Positions 1-9,164 are shown, counted from the stretch's first letter. The stretch is DNA of 32,000 nt from an uncultured Fibrobacterota bacterium (GCA_903876665.1 CAIRAY010000133.1:7742-39741); one strand, 5' to 3'. Notes: generated by a model not told the origin, from the sequence alone. Numbers and translations are program-made.

Positions 1-1
1 C

Positions 2-1279
2 GATCTGCAAACCTATCCGTACATTACCCTGGGCCGTCAAGTGTGGATGGCAAAAAATCTGAACTTCGACACCTTGGATGGGACCGGGAGCTGGTGCTAT
101 GAAAACCAGGCTTCAAACTGCAATCTATATGGGCGCCTTTATAATTGGAGCACATCTCTTGCGCTCCCTGCAAGCTGCAACAGTACGGCATGCTCAGCAA
201 GCATTCAAAGTCCCCATCGGGGCCTCTGCCCCTCGGGCTGGCATGTTCCCTCGGATGAAGAATGGAAGACGATGGAGGTATTCGCAGGAATGAGCCAAGC
301 ACAGGCTGATTCGACTGGATACCGGGGAACCGACCAAGGGACAATGCTTAAGGCCAATAGTAGCCTATGGTCAACCAATACGGGGTCCGATTCCTTCGGG
401 TTTTCTGCTCTACCTGGTGGTCTCCGGAGCGCTACCGATTCTTTTGCATTCGAAGGGACCTTCGCCCAGTGGTGGACCGCGACCGAAGCGGGTGCTAGCC
501 TCGGACAGCGTAGATATATTTACGCGGACCTCCCTACGATCCATAGGCAAAACTTGAACAAGTACGGAGGAAACTCCCTACGCTGTATCCGGGATACACT
601 CTTTGAAAATTGGAGCCAGTTCCTGAATCCAACCCTGACCTATGATTCCTTGGTCGACGGACGCGATGGGCAGGAATATGCCACAATCTGGATCGCAAGT
701 CAGCACTGGATGGCCCAGAACCTGAATTTCGGCCTGATGATTACGCCGACTGCAGGCCAGCGGGTGGATTCCCAAACTGAAAAGTACTGTGCAGGTGACT
801 CGGCCCAAAACTGCAGCGAAGGGCTGGGGGGACTCTACCAGTGGGCCGAAGCCATGGCTCTCCCATCGACGTGCAATAACATCAGCTGTGCGGACTCCAT
901 TCAGGCCGTCCACCAAGGAATCTGTCCTGCCGGATGGCGCATTCCCTCCCCAGCGGATTGGGATTCGCTGACCGCCCACACCGGTGGTAGTGCTTCTTCC
1001 GGAGCCCAACTCAAGTCCAATTCCACAGGCTATGCGGCTTGGAATTCCATCGCTTTCAACTCAGGGAATCCTCATGGGTTCTCAATCGTACCCGTTGGAG
1101 ACATTAGCGGGGTCAGTCCAGCTATAGAGTATAAGGGGACAGGCGCCATGTTCTGGCTTTCTGCAGAAAATTTGACATGGGGTTATGAGCGTCGTTTCAT
1201 GTCAAGCCTTTCTTCTGTCCAGGCCAATCAAGGCAACAACAAGATTCGGGCATACAACATCCGATGTATTGAAAATTGA
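2..1279 (+). CDS. Secreted protein with two tandem FISUMP (Fibrobacter succinogenes major paralogous, TIGR02145-like) domains; 5' end cut by window edge
   Basis: Frame is open from nt 2 (DLQTYPYITLGRQVWMAKNLNF), so the M at 41 is internal. The pattern W(M/I)AxNLNF..C(Y/A)....YG(R/G)LYxW......CP(S/A)GW(H/R)(V/I)PS..(E/D)W...RCI occurs twice (track aa ~1-190 and ~215-412). Confidence 0.75.
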   Translation, partial: DLQTYPYITLGRQVWMAKNLNFDTLDGTGSWCYENQASNCNLYGRLYNWSTSLALPASCNSTACSASIQSPHRGLCPSGWHVPSDEEWKTMEVFAGMSQAQADSTGYRGTDQGTMLKANSSLWSTNTGSDSFGFSALPGGLRSATDSFAFEGTFAQWWTATEAGASLGQRRYIYADLPTIHRQNLNKYGGNSLRCIRDTLFENWSQFLNPTLTYDSLVDGRDGQEYATIWIASQHWMAQNLNFGLMITPTAGQRVDSQTEKYCAGDSAQNCSEGLGGLYQWAEAMALPSTCNNISCADSIQAVHQGICPAGWRIPSPADWDSLTAHTGGSASSGAQLKSNSTGYAAWNSIAFNSGNPHGFSIVPVGDISGVSPAIEYKGTGAMFWLSAENLTWGYERRFMSSLSSVQANQGNNKIRAYNIRCIEN

Positions 1280-1289
1280 AGGGTTTCGT

Positions 1290-2912
1290 TTAAATCCCTC
1301 CCGAAACTTTGAGGGACAAGTCTCCACCGAACCAGTTGATTCCCTTCAAATCACGATGTTCGCGAACCCATCCTTCCAGGTCGATTTTCCAATGAGAACC
1401 TAAGGACCGTCGGATTAATGCACCCGCTCCACCCGCTCCGCCCACATGATCTTCTTCCATAGCAAACAAAACGCCTACCTGTGGGCCCATTTGAAACGAC
1501 CCCTTGGACCAGGAAATATCAAGGCGCGAATCACCGGCAAAGAAAGTATGGTCACGCGCTTCAGCCGTTAATCGATAACCCCACAAATACAACGGACTCT
1601 GCCTTCTTTGATCAAGCTGGGCAACCCATTGCCAATGGGCGCTTCCTTTTTCTGCCCCATATTTGTCACCCAATGCATAGACAAATTGAGTTTGTCCGAG
1701 TGTAGAGAATCCCTGTGCTTTCCTGGTTATCCGCAGGTATGAAATGAATAAATCCCCAAGTTCCGTGTCTGCATTTTCTCCCCTCCACTGGAACCCTGTT
1801 GCGGCATCAAGCTTGGTTCCAAGCAAAAATTCCCCCTGATAGCCAAGCAGACCCCCTGCAAATGCACCTGGAGAAGCCAGTGGATTTGAGATATCCAAAC
1901 TCCGGTCCAAGGTCTGGGTTGCGACCTGATAACGACTTGCGGTCCACTCAATGGAGGAGCCGCCCATTCCTCCCAGAGCCTCCAATGATATTCCTACGGG
2001 AGAAACCCATTGGGCACTAAACTGGGTGCGGTCACGACCTTGGATTTCGTTTTTTTGGTTCTGGTATCCTGCAAGGATTCCCGTGGATACTCCAAACCGG
2101 AAGGCTCGGTTAGGGCGAAAAATAATCTGAGCAGGTGCGGCGATTGCATCAAGGGAAGATTGGCCGTTTGACACCCGTCTTCCGTAATCCAATTCGAAAG
2201 AATAGGAAAGTTGTTCCAATGGGGGTTCTGGAATTTTTGGGGCAGATAGGGAAGAATGTGTTTGTTTTGCTTTCCCGTAGCGATGCCCTTGTCCCCACTT
2301 GGAATCCTGTAGTGCCAAGTTTGCATGGGCACCCACCCACCATAAAGTGTCTCCTTCAATTTTTGAATCCTCCAGCGTGGTGTTGGATGTCCCTTGAAGC
2401 CTCAGCACAAAAGAACTTCCTGCAAAACTGCAGTCATCAAATTGTAGGACTCCTGCTTCGGCCCAAACGTGATTGCCCACGCCCGAGAAATTTATTTTCA
2501 AGGCCGAAAGTTGCCCCCCTCTCAGATGAACTCCTACCGAATGATTCACCACCAGCTGTGTCTCATACATGAGGACCTGGGCTCCCTCCTGTAAAAGAAT
2601 TCCTTGGCTCATATTCTTTAGCCGGGCTCCCAAAAAAAGAGCCACTCCACCTCTTTCCACCTGAATTCCTTGACCTCCGTCCCATTGTGAAGTCATTCCA
2701 GAATCATTGGACATCAGCAAAACCCCATGGACACTCATGCCGGCATTTGGCGCAAGGACGATGGATGTCCCTCCATGAATTCGAAGAGTGTCACTTGCAG
2801 GGACGGTATAAATCGAATCCAAGCGAATCGCGCCACTCCAGTGCATGGTCGTTGCAAAGGTCAATTGGGCTAGACAGAGGCCCAGGCATATAGCGAAGGA
2901 ATGAAAGCTCAT
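1290..2912 (-). CDS. Secreted/outer-membrane protein: N-terminal beta-helix-like region plus C-terminal beta-rich (barrel-like) region; function unknown
   Basis: 540-aa ORF. Signal peptide MSFHSFAICLGLCLAQLTFA. First ~220 aa are short G/N-rich strand repeats (VHGVLLM, GIQVERGG, GILLQEGA, VGVHLRGG, VLRLQGTS). The last ~300 aa show an alternating hydrophobic pattern but no terminal aromatic residue (ends KVSGGI). The ATG overlaps the upstream stop as ATGA (2909-2912). Confidence 0.6.
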   Translation of the reverse strand: MSFHSFAICLGLCLAQLTFATTMHWSGAIRLDSIYTVPASDTLRIHGGTSIVLAPNAGMSVHGVLLMSNDSGMTSQWDGGQGIQVERGGVALFLGARLKNMSQGILLQEGAQVLMYETQLVVNHSVGVHLRGGQLSALKINFSGVGNHVWAEAGVLQFDDCSFAGSSFVLRLQGTSNTTLEDSKIEGDTLWWVGAHANLALQDSKWGQGHRYGKAKQTHSSLSAPKIPEPPLEQLSYSFELDYGRRVSNGQSSLDAIAAPAQIIFRPNRAFRFGVSTGILAGYQNQKNEIQGRDRTQFSAQWVSPVGISLEALGGMGGSSIEWTASRYQVATQTLDRSLDISNPLASPGAFAGGLLGYQGEFLLGTKLDAATGFQWRGENADTELGDLFISYLRITRKAQGFSTLGQTQFVYALGDKYGAEKGSAHWQWVAQLDQRRQSPLYLWGYRLTAEARDHTFFAGDSRLDISWSKGSFQMGPQVGVLFAMEEDHVGGAGGAGALIRRSLGSHWKIDLEGWVREHRDLKGINWFGGDLSLKVSGGI

Positions 2913-3643
2913 GGTACCCCCTGAATCTGAATATGCAAAGTGCCCTTTTCTAAGGAAAAAGCAGGAGGGACTTCGGTGGCGGGGGGAGGTATGATTATAC
3001 TAGGAGTCGGCAAATCAGGCACGGGCAATGAGTTGTTTTGATTGGCCGATGAGACTCGATCAGCACTAAAATTTGTGGGAGCAGGTACAGTCGTTGCTTC
3101 AAGGACTTGCAGCTTTTGTCCTGGCTTTAATAAAATCCCACTCCCTTTTCCCTGGGTGGGGTTCACTTGTAGAGAGCCCTCCTCAAGTTCGATAATGCTG
3201 GATCCCGTAATTTCATCCACTGAAATTCTAAAGCGAGTGCCCTCTGCGCCAGCCACTGCAACCGGAGTCCTCACTTGAAAACGCCCCTTGGAATCTTTTT
3301 GTTTGACATCGAAGTCAAATTCTCCCCAGCGTGCAATCGTCTTCTTTCCATTCTTTTTCATTTCAGCAAGCACCAGTACCGAATTGGGTCCCATTTGCGC
3401 TCGACTCCCAGAATTAAATCGCACGACAAGTTCAGCCCGATCAAAGGTTTTTAGGCTGTCTCCTTCGACGACGTGGCTACCAAAATCCAGGCGTCGACAA
3501 TCCACGTTGGCTGCACAAGCATCAGCATGGTTTCGCACGGATACAATGGTTCCATTTTCCTCTTGAGCAAAAAGGAGGTGGGTAAGAACCCCAATAAGCA
3601 TGAGAGTCCTGAGCAGGGGAGAATGATTGTAAAGCGGTTTCAT
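2909..3643 (-). CDS. FecR-domain periplasmic protein
   Basis: FecR-like strand patterns GDSLKTFDRAELVVRFNSGSRAQMGPNSVLVL and RFQVRTPVAVAGAEGTRFRISV. Signal peptide MKPLYNHSPLLRTLMLIGVLTHLLFA. ATG at 3643 is preceded by AGGAG (3649-3653, minus strand). The track's GTG at 3679 (GTGA overlap with the cyclase stop) is the alternative start. Confidence 0.7.
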   Translation of the reverse strand: MKPLYNHSPLLRTLMLIGVLTHLLFAQEENGTIVSVRNHADACAANVDCRRLDFGSHVVEGDSLKTFDRAELVVRFNSGSRAQMGPNSVLVLAEMKKNGKKTIARWGEFDFDVKQKDSKGRFQVRTPVAVAGAEGTRFRISVDEITGSSIIELEEGSLQVNPTQGKGSGILLKPGQKLQVLEATTVPAPTNFSADRVSSANQNNSLPVPDLPTPSIIIPPPATEVPPAFSLEKGTLHIQIQGVP

Positions 3644-3675
3644 GAATACTCCTACGAAGGATAGTGTACCAATTC

Positions 3676-5949
3676 TCACGTTGGATTACGAGTGGTTAAC
3701 CACTTCGATAGCTCCTCATGATCCGCTTCCGGCATCCCTTCAAAACGTACCCGGATAGTCCATGGGGGCTGGCCATCGCTCACTTCCAGGATGTGGCTTT
3801 TCAGTTTTTCCATAACGATTCCATTGGGTAACTCAATGGAAATTTCAATGGAATCACCTGTTTTTGCCAAAATCATTGTGTTGCAGTATAATCCCCCGAG
3901 ACTGATGTTTGCAAGGACTGATTCGGAGTCGACTCCATTAGGGCAAAAAATCCTTGCAGGCCAACTGACATTATGGCGCATGGAGCCACGCCGGTCATTG
4001 CCTTCTAAGGACAGGAGGCCTGTTATGGAGTAGACACGAACAGGTTTAGCCTTTCCCTTTACTGCAAGCTCTTTGGAATGCCCGACAATGACCTTTTTTA
4101 CAATCTCCCGATAGGTAGAACTACTCACCAAAATTTCACCAGGTCCAGCAAGGGAACAAAGGCGCGCTCCCAAGTTGACATTGTCTCCAATCAGAGTAAA
4201 ATCCATGTATTGTTCCGAACCAATATTTCCCATGATCACAGGCCCCGTATTGATTCCAATTCCGATCTGAATATCGGGTTTCCCTTGTTCCGCCCATTTG
4301 ATTCGCAAAGTGGAGAGTGCTTCCTGCATTTCCATGGCTGTTTTGACTGCGCGCCATGCATGTTCCTCAGGATAGACGGGTGCTCCATAGTAAGCCATGA
4401 TTTCGTCGCCAACAAACTTATCGATAATTCCGTGATTGGAAAAAACGATAGGAGTCATTAGCGCCAAGTATTCATTGAGTTGTTCAACCACCTCAGTGGC
4501 CTCGTGGGTTTCTGAAATGCTGGTGAAGCCACGGATGTCAGAAAATAGAACGGTAACTTGCTCTTTTCGCCCACCCACCTTGGTCAGTTCTGGTTTCTCC
4601 AATAGCTGGTTCATGACTTCCTGGGTCACATATTTAGCAAACATGCCCTGGACCTTTTTCTTGATCACGCGTTCTTGGGCATATCTCGAAACATTATGCC
4701 ACACGAGCAAACCGATCCCAAGCAGGGTTGGCAAAAATATGGGTAAATGATAATGAAATACTATAAAGACAAACTGTGTCGTTAATAGATAAAGAGTTAA
4801 AAAGAGTAGGACTCCAACTTGCCAGCCAAGGGTGTCCCGATAGAGTAAAAGAGAGACCACGATCACTAAGGCGAGTATAAGCAACCAGTGTTGCAACCCA
4901 GAGAGAACTCGAATATAATTTCCCGAAAGTAATGTTTGCAATACGGCCATGTGCAGGCCAATGGCGGGATGGCGACTTTGCAAGGGTGTATTCACAAAAT
5001 CCGTCGAGTTCTGCCCTACGCGCCCTATCAGCAGAATTTTACCACGCAAATGCTTTAAAGAATCCATAGGAAGCAGGGGTTCAAGCCCTTCCATGACTTG
5101 CTTGTAGCTGAGGATAATTTCTCTGAAGGAATAGTGAGGCAGCGTCTCGTAGCGACCCGGCCAGTTCAAAATTAAATTTCCATTCCCATCGAGAGGAACG
5201 TTTTTCCCATTAGGCAGGCTCAGCTGATAGGAATCCATGGTAAGATCCTTGGCCTGCAAATGCATCAAGCGCAACCAAATTGACATTCCCAATTGGGGGA
5301 ACAAAAATTGATTGCATTCCAAGAATGGAGGGGTGCGTCGAATGACGCCATCAGGATCTTCAAAAATATTTACAAAACCCATGCCGGCAGAGGCCAAATC
5401 CAGTCCTTCCAAGGGTTCGGTAAGCAATCCCCGCATTTTGAGGTCGGGCCGAATGACCCCATTCGCGCGAACCTGATTGAGACCATACCCATGCTTGAGA
5501 ACCCCTTGGAAAGGGGAGTTGGGTAGCGTTACTGCATCCTCATAGGGTGAAAAGCGAAGAGGAAAATGGGTAAACCCAGCCTCCTGACTCATTTGCAATA
5601 AAAACTGATCCGAGTTCGACTCATTCGCTCCCACAAAGGAAACATCATACAAAAGAGCCTGAACACCGAGTTGACTTGCTGCATCAATGAACATTCCGTG
5701 TACTTGCCGCGGAAATGGCCAGGAACCAAACTCCTGCATGGCATCGTCGGCGATATCCACGATAATCAAAGAGGAATCGGTAGGAACATCTCCACGCAGT
5801 TGGAAGCGAAAATCAAGGAGTTTGTTTTCTGTGGTTGTTTGCCAACCCAATGCGATCACCAGGGCTGCTCCCACCACGGCCAATAGAGGCGGAAAGAACA
5901 CGCTAAGCTGGAAAAGCCACTTACGCTGTTTTTTAGTTGTTAGTTCCAT
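3676..5949 (-). CDS. CHASE2 sensor / class III adenylate cyclase with C-terminal PilZ domain
   Basis: N-terminal TM, ~300-aa extracytoplasmic region and a TM cluster (CHASE2 layout). Cyclase motifs VTVLFSDIRGFT, IDKFVGDEIMAYYG, MDFTLIGDNVNLGARL. PilZ motifs RRGSMR (RxxxR) and NISLGG ((D/N)xSxxG). ATG at 5949 is preferred over the track's TTG at 5958. Confidence 0.8.
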   Translation of the reverse strand: MELTTKKQRKWLFQLSVFFPPLLAVVGAALVIALGWQTTTENKLLDFRFQLRGDVPTDSSLIIVDIADDAMQEFGSWPFPRQVHGMFIDAASQLGVQALLYDVSFVGANESNSDQFLLQMSQEAGFTHFPLRFSPYEDAVTLPNSPFQGVLKHGYGLNQVRANGVIRPDLKMRGLLTEPLEGLDLASAGMGFVNIFEDPDGVIRRTPPFLECNQFLFPQLGMSIWLRLMHLQAKDLTMDSYQLSLPNGKNVPLDGNGNLILNWPGRYETLPHYSFREIILSYKQVMEGLEPLLPMDSLKHLRGKILLIGRVGQNSTDFVNTPLQSRHPAIGLHMAVLQTLLSGNYIRVLSGLQHWLLILALVIVVSLLLYRDTLGWQVGVLLFLTLYLLTTQFVFIVFHYHLPIFLPTLLGIGLLVWHNVSRYAQERVIKKKVQGMFAKYVTQEVMNQLLEKPELTKVGGRKEQVTVLFSDIRGFTSISETHEATEVVEQLNEYLALMTPIVFSNHGIIDKFVGDEIMAYYGAPVYPEEHAWRAVKTAMEMQEALSTLRIKWAEQGKPDIQIGIGINTGPVIMGNIGSEQYMDFTLIGDNVNLGARLCSLAGPGEILVSSSTYREIVKKVIVGHSKELAVKGKAKPVRVYSITGLLSLEGNDRRGSMRHNVSWPARIFCPNGVDSESVLANISLGGLYCNTMILAKTGDSIEISIELPNGIVMEKLKSHILEVSDGQPPWTIRVRFEGMPEADHEELSKWLTTRNPT

Positions 5950-6160
5950 AAATCTCAATCATGCGTGGATAGTCGTTAGAAAATACATTTTCTTGAAAAT
6001 AGTCGAACCAGTCCTGAAAGAATTTGGAAAGCCGAATTTACCTGGCCAAACAATGGGCCGTTAAGCAAAATGCCATGTAAATGGGAAAAATATGTGTTGT
6101 GTGTATTTCCCAAGAAGGAAGGGGGAACGTTTGCCGTAGTGTGGTTTCTTTCTCTTTCCA

Positions 6161-8479
6161 TCAATGCGGACTTCGTCCCAGCAAATCATAATGGCTTGTA
6201 GTACCTGCCCCAGAAAGTCCTTGTGGCGTTGTCTTGATGTTCACGGGGGCCTGGGTGTCGGTGAGGCTCAGCAGAACCGTGCGTCCAGCGTCGCGCCCCG
6301 TAGGAAAGGTCACGGCGATGGTGCTGCCCTGACTAGTCGCGTTCCAGTTGACGCCTGCGCCGGAGAGGTGCAAGTTGGTCTCGATGGTTGCCGAGTTTGC
6401 AAGGTGGGTGGGGTCCGCCACGGCAAGCTGCAGGGATGCTCCATTGTGGATAGCTATGAGAGTTAATCCTTTGCTCGCTTTGTAGATGGTTCCATCCGCC
6501 AGGGTTACGCTATCGGCAGAAAAGAAAACGCTACCCAGCCAATTTTGGCTTGTGACTTCGATGGATTGTACTTGGGCGGTGTTCTTGCGGATGGCAAAGG
6601 GTGCTGAATGGGTCCAGGTGGTAAAGGCTGTGCGGTCTAGGCCGGGCACAACGGCGTAGGCAAAACCTTTGCTCGTGCCTGCGGTACCGTGGTCGAACAT
6701 GGCAGAGAATACGGTCTTGGTAATTGGGGTGGCCGAGGCGCTGGTGCTTGTCAATTGCCAGGAGCCTGTGCGACTGCGCACTACCACTTCCATGCTCGCA
6801 GGGGTAGGGAACCAATAGCCGATGGTATCGTGCCAGAGCCACTGGATATCGGTGGCGGAGAGAGAATCTGTGAAGGCTGATGCCACAGAGGTTCCACGTT
6901 GCATCCAAACTTGTCCGGTAAGGAGTTGTTGGTCCACCGTGGTGCCGACCTTTTTAGTCTTGCTGTAATTGAATCCGGCCCCTAAAAAGACCGCAAAGCC
7001 ATTCACGAAGAATCCCGACTTTTTGCCGGTGATTCCCGAGACCGCATGATCATAGCCTACCGCAGAGGTTGGCCCGGAGGAGGCCCCGCCCGCATAGACG
7101 GTGTTGCCCATGTTGTTCTGCTTGCCTCCTGGCATTTGGGTGAAAATGGGGAAGGTATCCACCTGGTCTACGGTCAGGCCCGGCAGGCGAGCCCAATTCA
7201 TTACCGGGAAAATATTTGGATCCATTGCGCGAATATGGATCCAGTGGACCCCGTATGGTAAGAACCAACCCCGCAAATTTTCGCCATTCATCTGCTCGGT
7301 GCCAATATTGCGGTTGCTGACCGTGCGCCAGGCGATGTTGAACTTGGCCCCGTGGTAGGTGGAGTAGTCGCTGTTCCAAAATATCTTGGCCGCCTTGCTT
7401 GCCCAGGGCCATGCCCCGCCTCCTAGGTAGGTGTAGGCTTCTGCCAATTCGGCTTGCCGGTATCCACTGAAGGAGACGGCCTGCCAAGTATTGGCCAAAG
7501 TCTTTGCCGTGCCTGCACCGTGAGTGGTGTTGCGGGCGATCTCGCGCCCAAACACATGAGCATCGTAGCGACCTGCGAAGGTGGTGAAGGCGTGGCCATC
7601 GATCAGCTCGTCCACCAGCATTTGTTTGTCTCCCGCGGTCCAGCCAAAGGAGAGCCCTTCGGCAATGGCAAGCCAGTCGGCTTCTGAGGCCAGGAAGGAG
7701 GTGCCATAGCCACCGTTGTAGATCACTCCGTGCTGATTGAAGGCGCGGTCGCGCAATATGCCATCCACGGAGTCCACTTCGTTGCCTTCAGCGCGAAACA
7801 GGCGCATGGTGGAATCAATCACGGTGGGGTTATTTTGAATGGCGGATTTGTAGATGAGGCCTTCGCCTTCCCAAAACAGGTTTGCGCCCGTAGTCAGCTG
7901 CCCGGTGTAGGCTGGCCAATGGTTCAAGAGGGTAGGCACCATGCGGTTGGACCAACGGACCAAGGTCGTGTCAGGTAAAATGCCCCGCAATAGGAGCAGG
8001 GTCTTGCCATAAGGAATGGCTTCGCCGATGTCGTTGTGGAACCAGTTCGCGCTGAAGATGGGGCATGGGGGAGCAGCGCTCTTGAGGGTCACGCGGTCTA
8101 TGCAGGTAGCAAGGGTAGAGTAGCGGTAGCTGATGTAGAATTCAAAACCCAGCTTGATGCGGTCCAGCAGGTTGAACCCATTCCATGTGGTGCGCCCAAT
8201 GGTTGCGAGCTTCGCAAAGGCCTGTAAGCGGTTGATGTGGTTGACCGGTTGCCAGTTGTTGCGGGCAGTGTCCTTGTAGTTGATGTCGGTCCAAGAGCCG
8301 TTGGCCTGTTGTGATAAAAGCCAGGTGTGCACCGAGACGCTATCGACCGTTCCTTCGGTGGCCATGAGGTGCTGGTATTGGCGTGCCACTAGGGTGTCTA
8401 CTTCCCAAGACAAGGCTGCGGACCATGTCTGCGCAATGAGGACGGATAACACACAAACAGAAAAAAATCTCCAGCCCAT
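6161..8479 (-). CDS. Polysaccharide lyase family 8 (chondroitin AC / hyaluronate / xanthan lyase-like), secreted
   Basis: Signal peptide MGWRFFSVCVLSVLIAQTWSA. PL8-type motifs SANWFHNDIGEAIPYG, FNQHGVIYNGGYGTSF (catalytic His/Tyr region) and FGREIAR. The 772-aa length fits the alpha/alpha toroid plus beta-sandwich layout. Confidence 0.7.
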   Translation of the reverse strand: MGWRFFSVCVLSVLIAQTWSAALSWEVDTLVARQYQHLMATEGTVDSVSVHTWLLSQQANGSWTDINYKDTARNNWQPVNHINRLQAFAKLATIGRTTWNGFNLLDRIKLGFEFYISYRYSTLATCIDRVTLKSAAPPCPIFSANWFHNDIGEAIPYGKTLLLLRGILPDTTLVRWSNRMVPTLLNHWPAYTGQLTTGANLFWEGEGLIYKSAIQNNPTVIDSTMRLFRAEGNEVDSVDGILRDRAFNQHGVIYNGGYGTSFLASEADWLAIAEGLSFGWTAGDKQMLVDELIDGHAFTTFAGRYDAHVFGREIARNTTHGAGTAKTLANTWQAVSFSGYRQAELAEAYTYLGGGAWPWASKAAKIFWNSDYSTYHGAKFNIAWRTVSNRNIGTEQMNGENLRGWFLPYGVHWIHIRAMDPNIFPVMNWARLPGLTVDQVDTFPIFTQMPGGKQNNMGNTVYAGGASSGPTSAVGYDHAVSGITGKKSGFFVNGFAVFLGAGFNYSKTKKVGTTVDQQLLTGQVWMQRGTSVASAFTDSLSATDIQWLWHDTIGYWFPTPASMEVVVRSRTGSWQLTSTSASATPITKTVFSAMFDHGTAGTSKGFAYAVVPGLDRTAFTTWTHSAPFAIRKNTAQVQSIEVTSQNWLGSVFFSADSVTLADGTIYKASKGLTLIAIHNGASLQLAVADPTHLANSATIETNLHLSGAGVNWNATSQGSTIAVTFPTGRDAGRTVLLSLTDTQAPVNIKTTPQGLSGAGTTSHYDLLGRSPH

Positions 8480-8597
8480 AGGGACCCCGCTTCAAACAAA
8501 GCCAATCCATAAAGTATATCTAAAGGGGGGTGGGGCGGAAATGATTTCCGGGCACCCCGGTTCAAAACAATGGACAACGGGTCATATATGTCCCCGC

Positions 8598-8640
8598 GAA
8601 GACGAGGATCTAGGGCTGGGAGTCCCAGACCCTCGTCTTC
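8598..8640 (-). other. Imperfect long hairpin between cheY and the PL8 gene (possible che-operon terminator, no U-tract)
   Basis: GAAGACGAGG (8598-8607) pairs with CCTCGTCTTC (8631-8640). The interior holds a second near-palindrome, CTGGGAGTCCCAG. Confidence 0.3.
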
Positions 8641-8674
8641 ACTTCGTTCGCGAGGGTGACGAGAGGGTCCGATT

Positions 8675-8711
8675 GCCGTGCCGGGCATGACAATCACATA
8701 AGGATGACATG
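8675..8711 (-). repeat. Copy of the dispersed intergenic repeat (core TTGTCATGCCCGGCACGGC, minus orientation) preceded by a degenerate half copy
   Basis: The reverse complement of 8675-8693 equals 31862-31880 exactly (19 nt). A degenerate TGCATGTCATCC copy lies ~22 nt upstream on the same strand. Confidence 0.7.
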
Positions 8712-8765
8712 CACAAAATATTGTCCTCGGCGACCGTTTGCTCCTGCAAAGCGAAGCCTCCCCAT

Positions 8766-9164
8766 TTAAGCGGTGGGAACTTCGGGCGCCTGGAATCCGT
8801 ATTTTTTTGACAGCTCGGTGAGTTTCTGTGCCAAAATGGCCTTTTGCACAGGTTTAAAAATGTATGCCTGCACGCCCGCCTGAACTGCTGCGACAATGTT
8901 CTTCTTGTCGCCTTCCGAGGTCTGGAGAACGAAGGGGATCTTCTCGAATTTTGGGGTCGCCCGCACATAGCGCAGGAACTCAAGGCCTGTTTCTCCGGGC
9001 ATGTTGAAATCCGAAATGATCAGGTCGAACATTTTTCCCTGCATCAAATTGCGGGCCTCGCTGACATTGTTCGCCTCAGTAATTTGTTTGTAACCGAGGC
9101 CACGCAACGCTTCAACAGTCATGAACCGAACCATTTTGGAATCGTCAGCGATTAGAATTTCCAT
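8766..9164 (-). CDS. cheY: CheY single-domain response regulator
   Basis: 132 aa. Acidic pocket IADDS, phospho-acceptor IISDFNMPG, Thr in LQTSEG, Lys in IFKP. Overlaps the cheR stop by 13 nt. Confidence 0.9.
   Translation of the reverse strand: MEILIADDSKMVRFMTVEALRGLGYKQITEANNVSEARNLMQGKMFDLIISDFNMPGETGLEFLRYVRATPKFEKIPFVLQTSEGDKKNIVAAVQAGVQAYIFKPVQKAILAQKLTELSKKYGFQAPEVPTA

Noticed and set aside
8398-8983. ORFs of 99-136 aa in the PL8/cheY intergenic region
   Set aside because: They overlap each other and cheY, cross the repeat and hairpin, and have Arg/Pro-rich junk-like composition.
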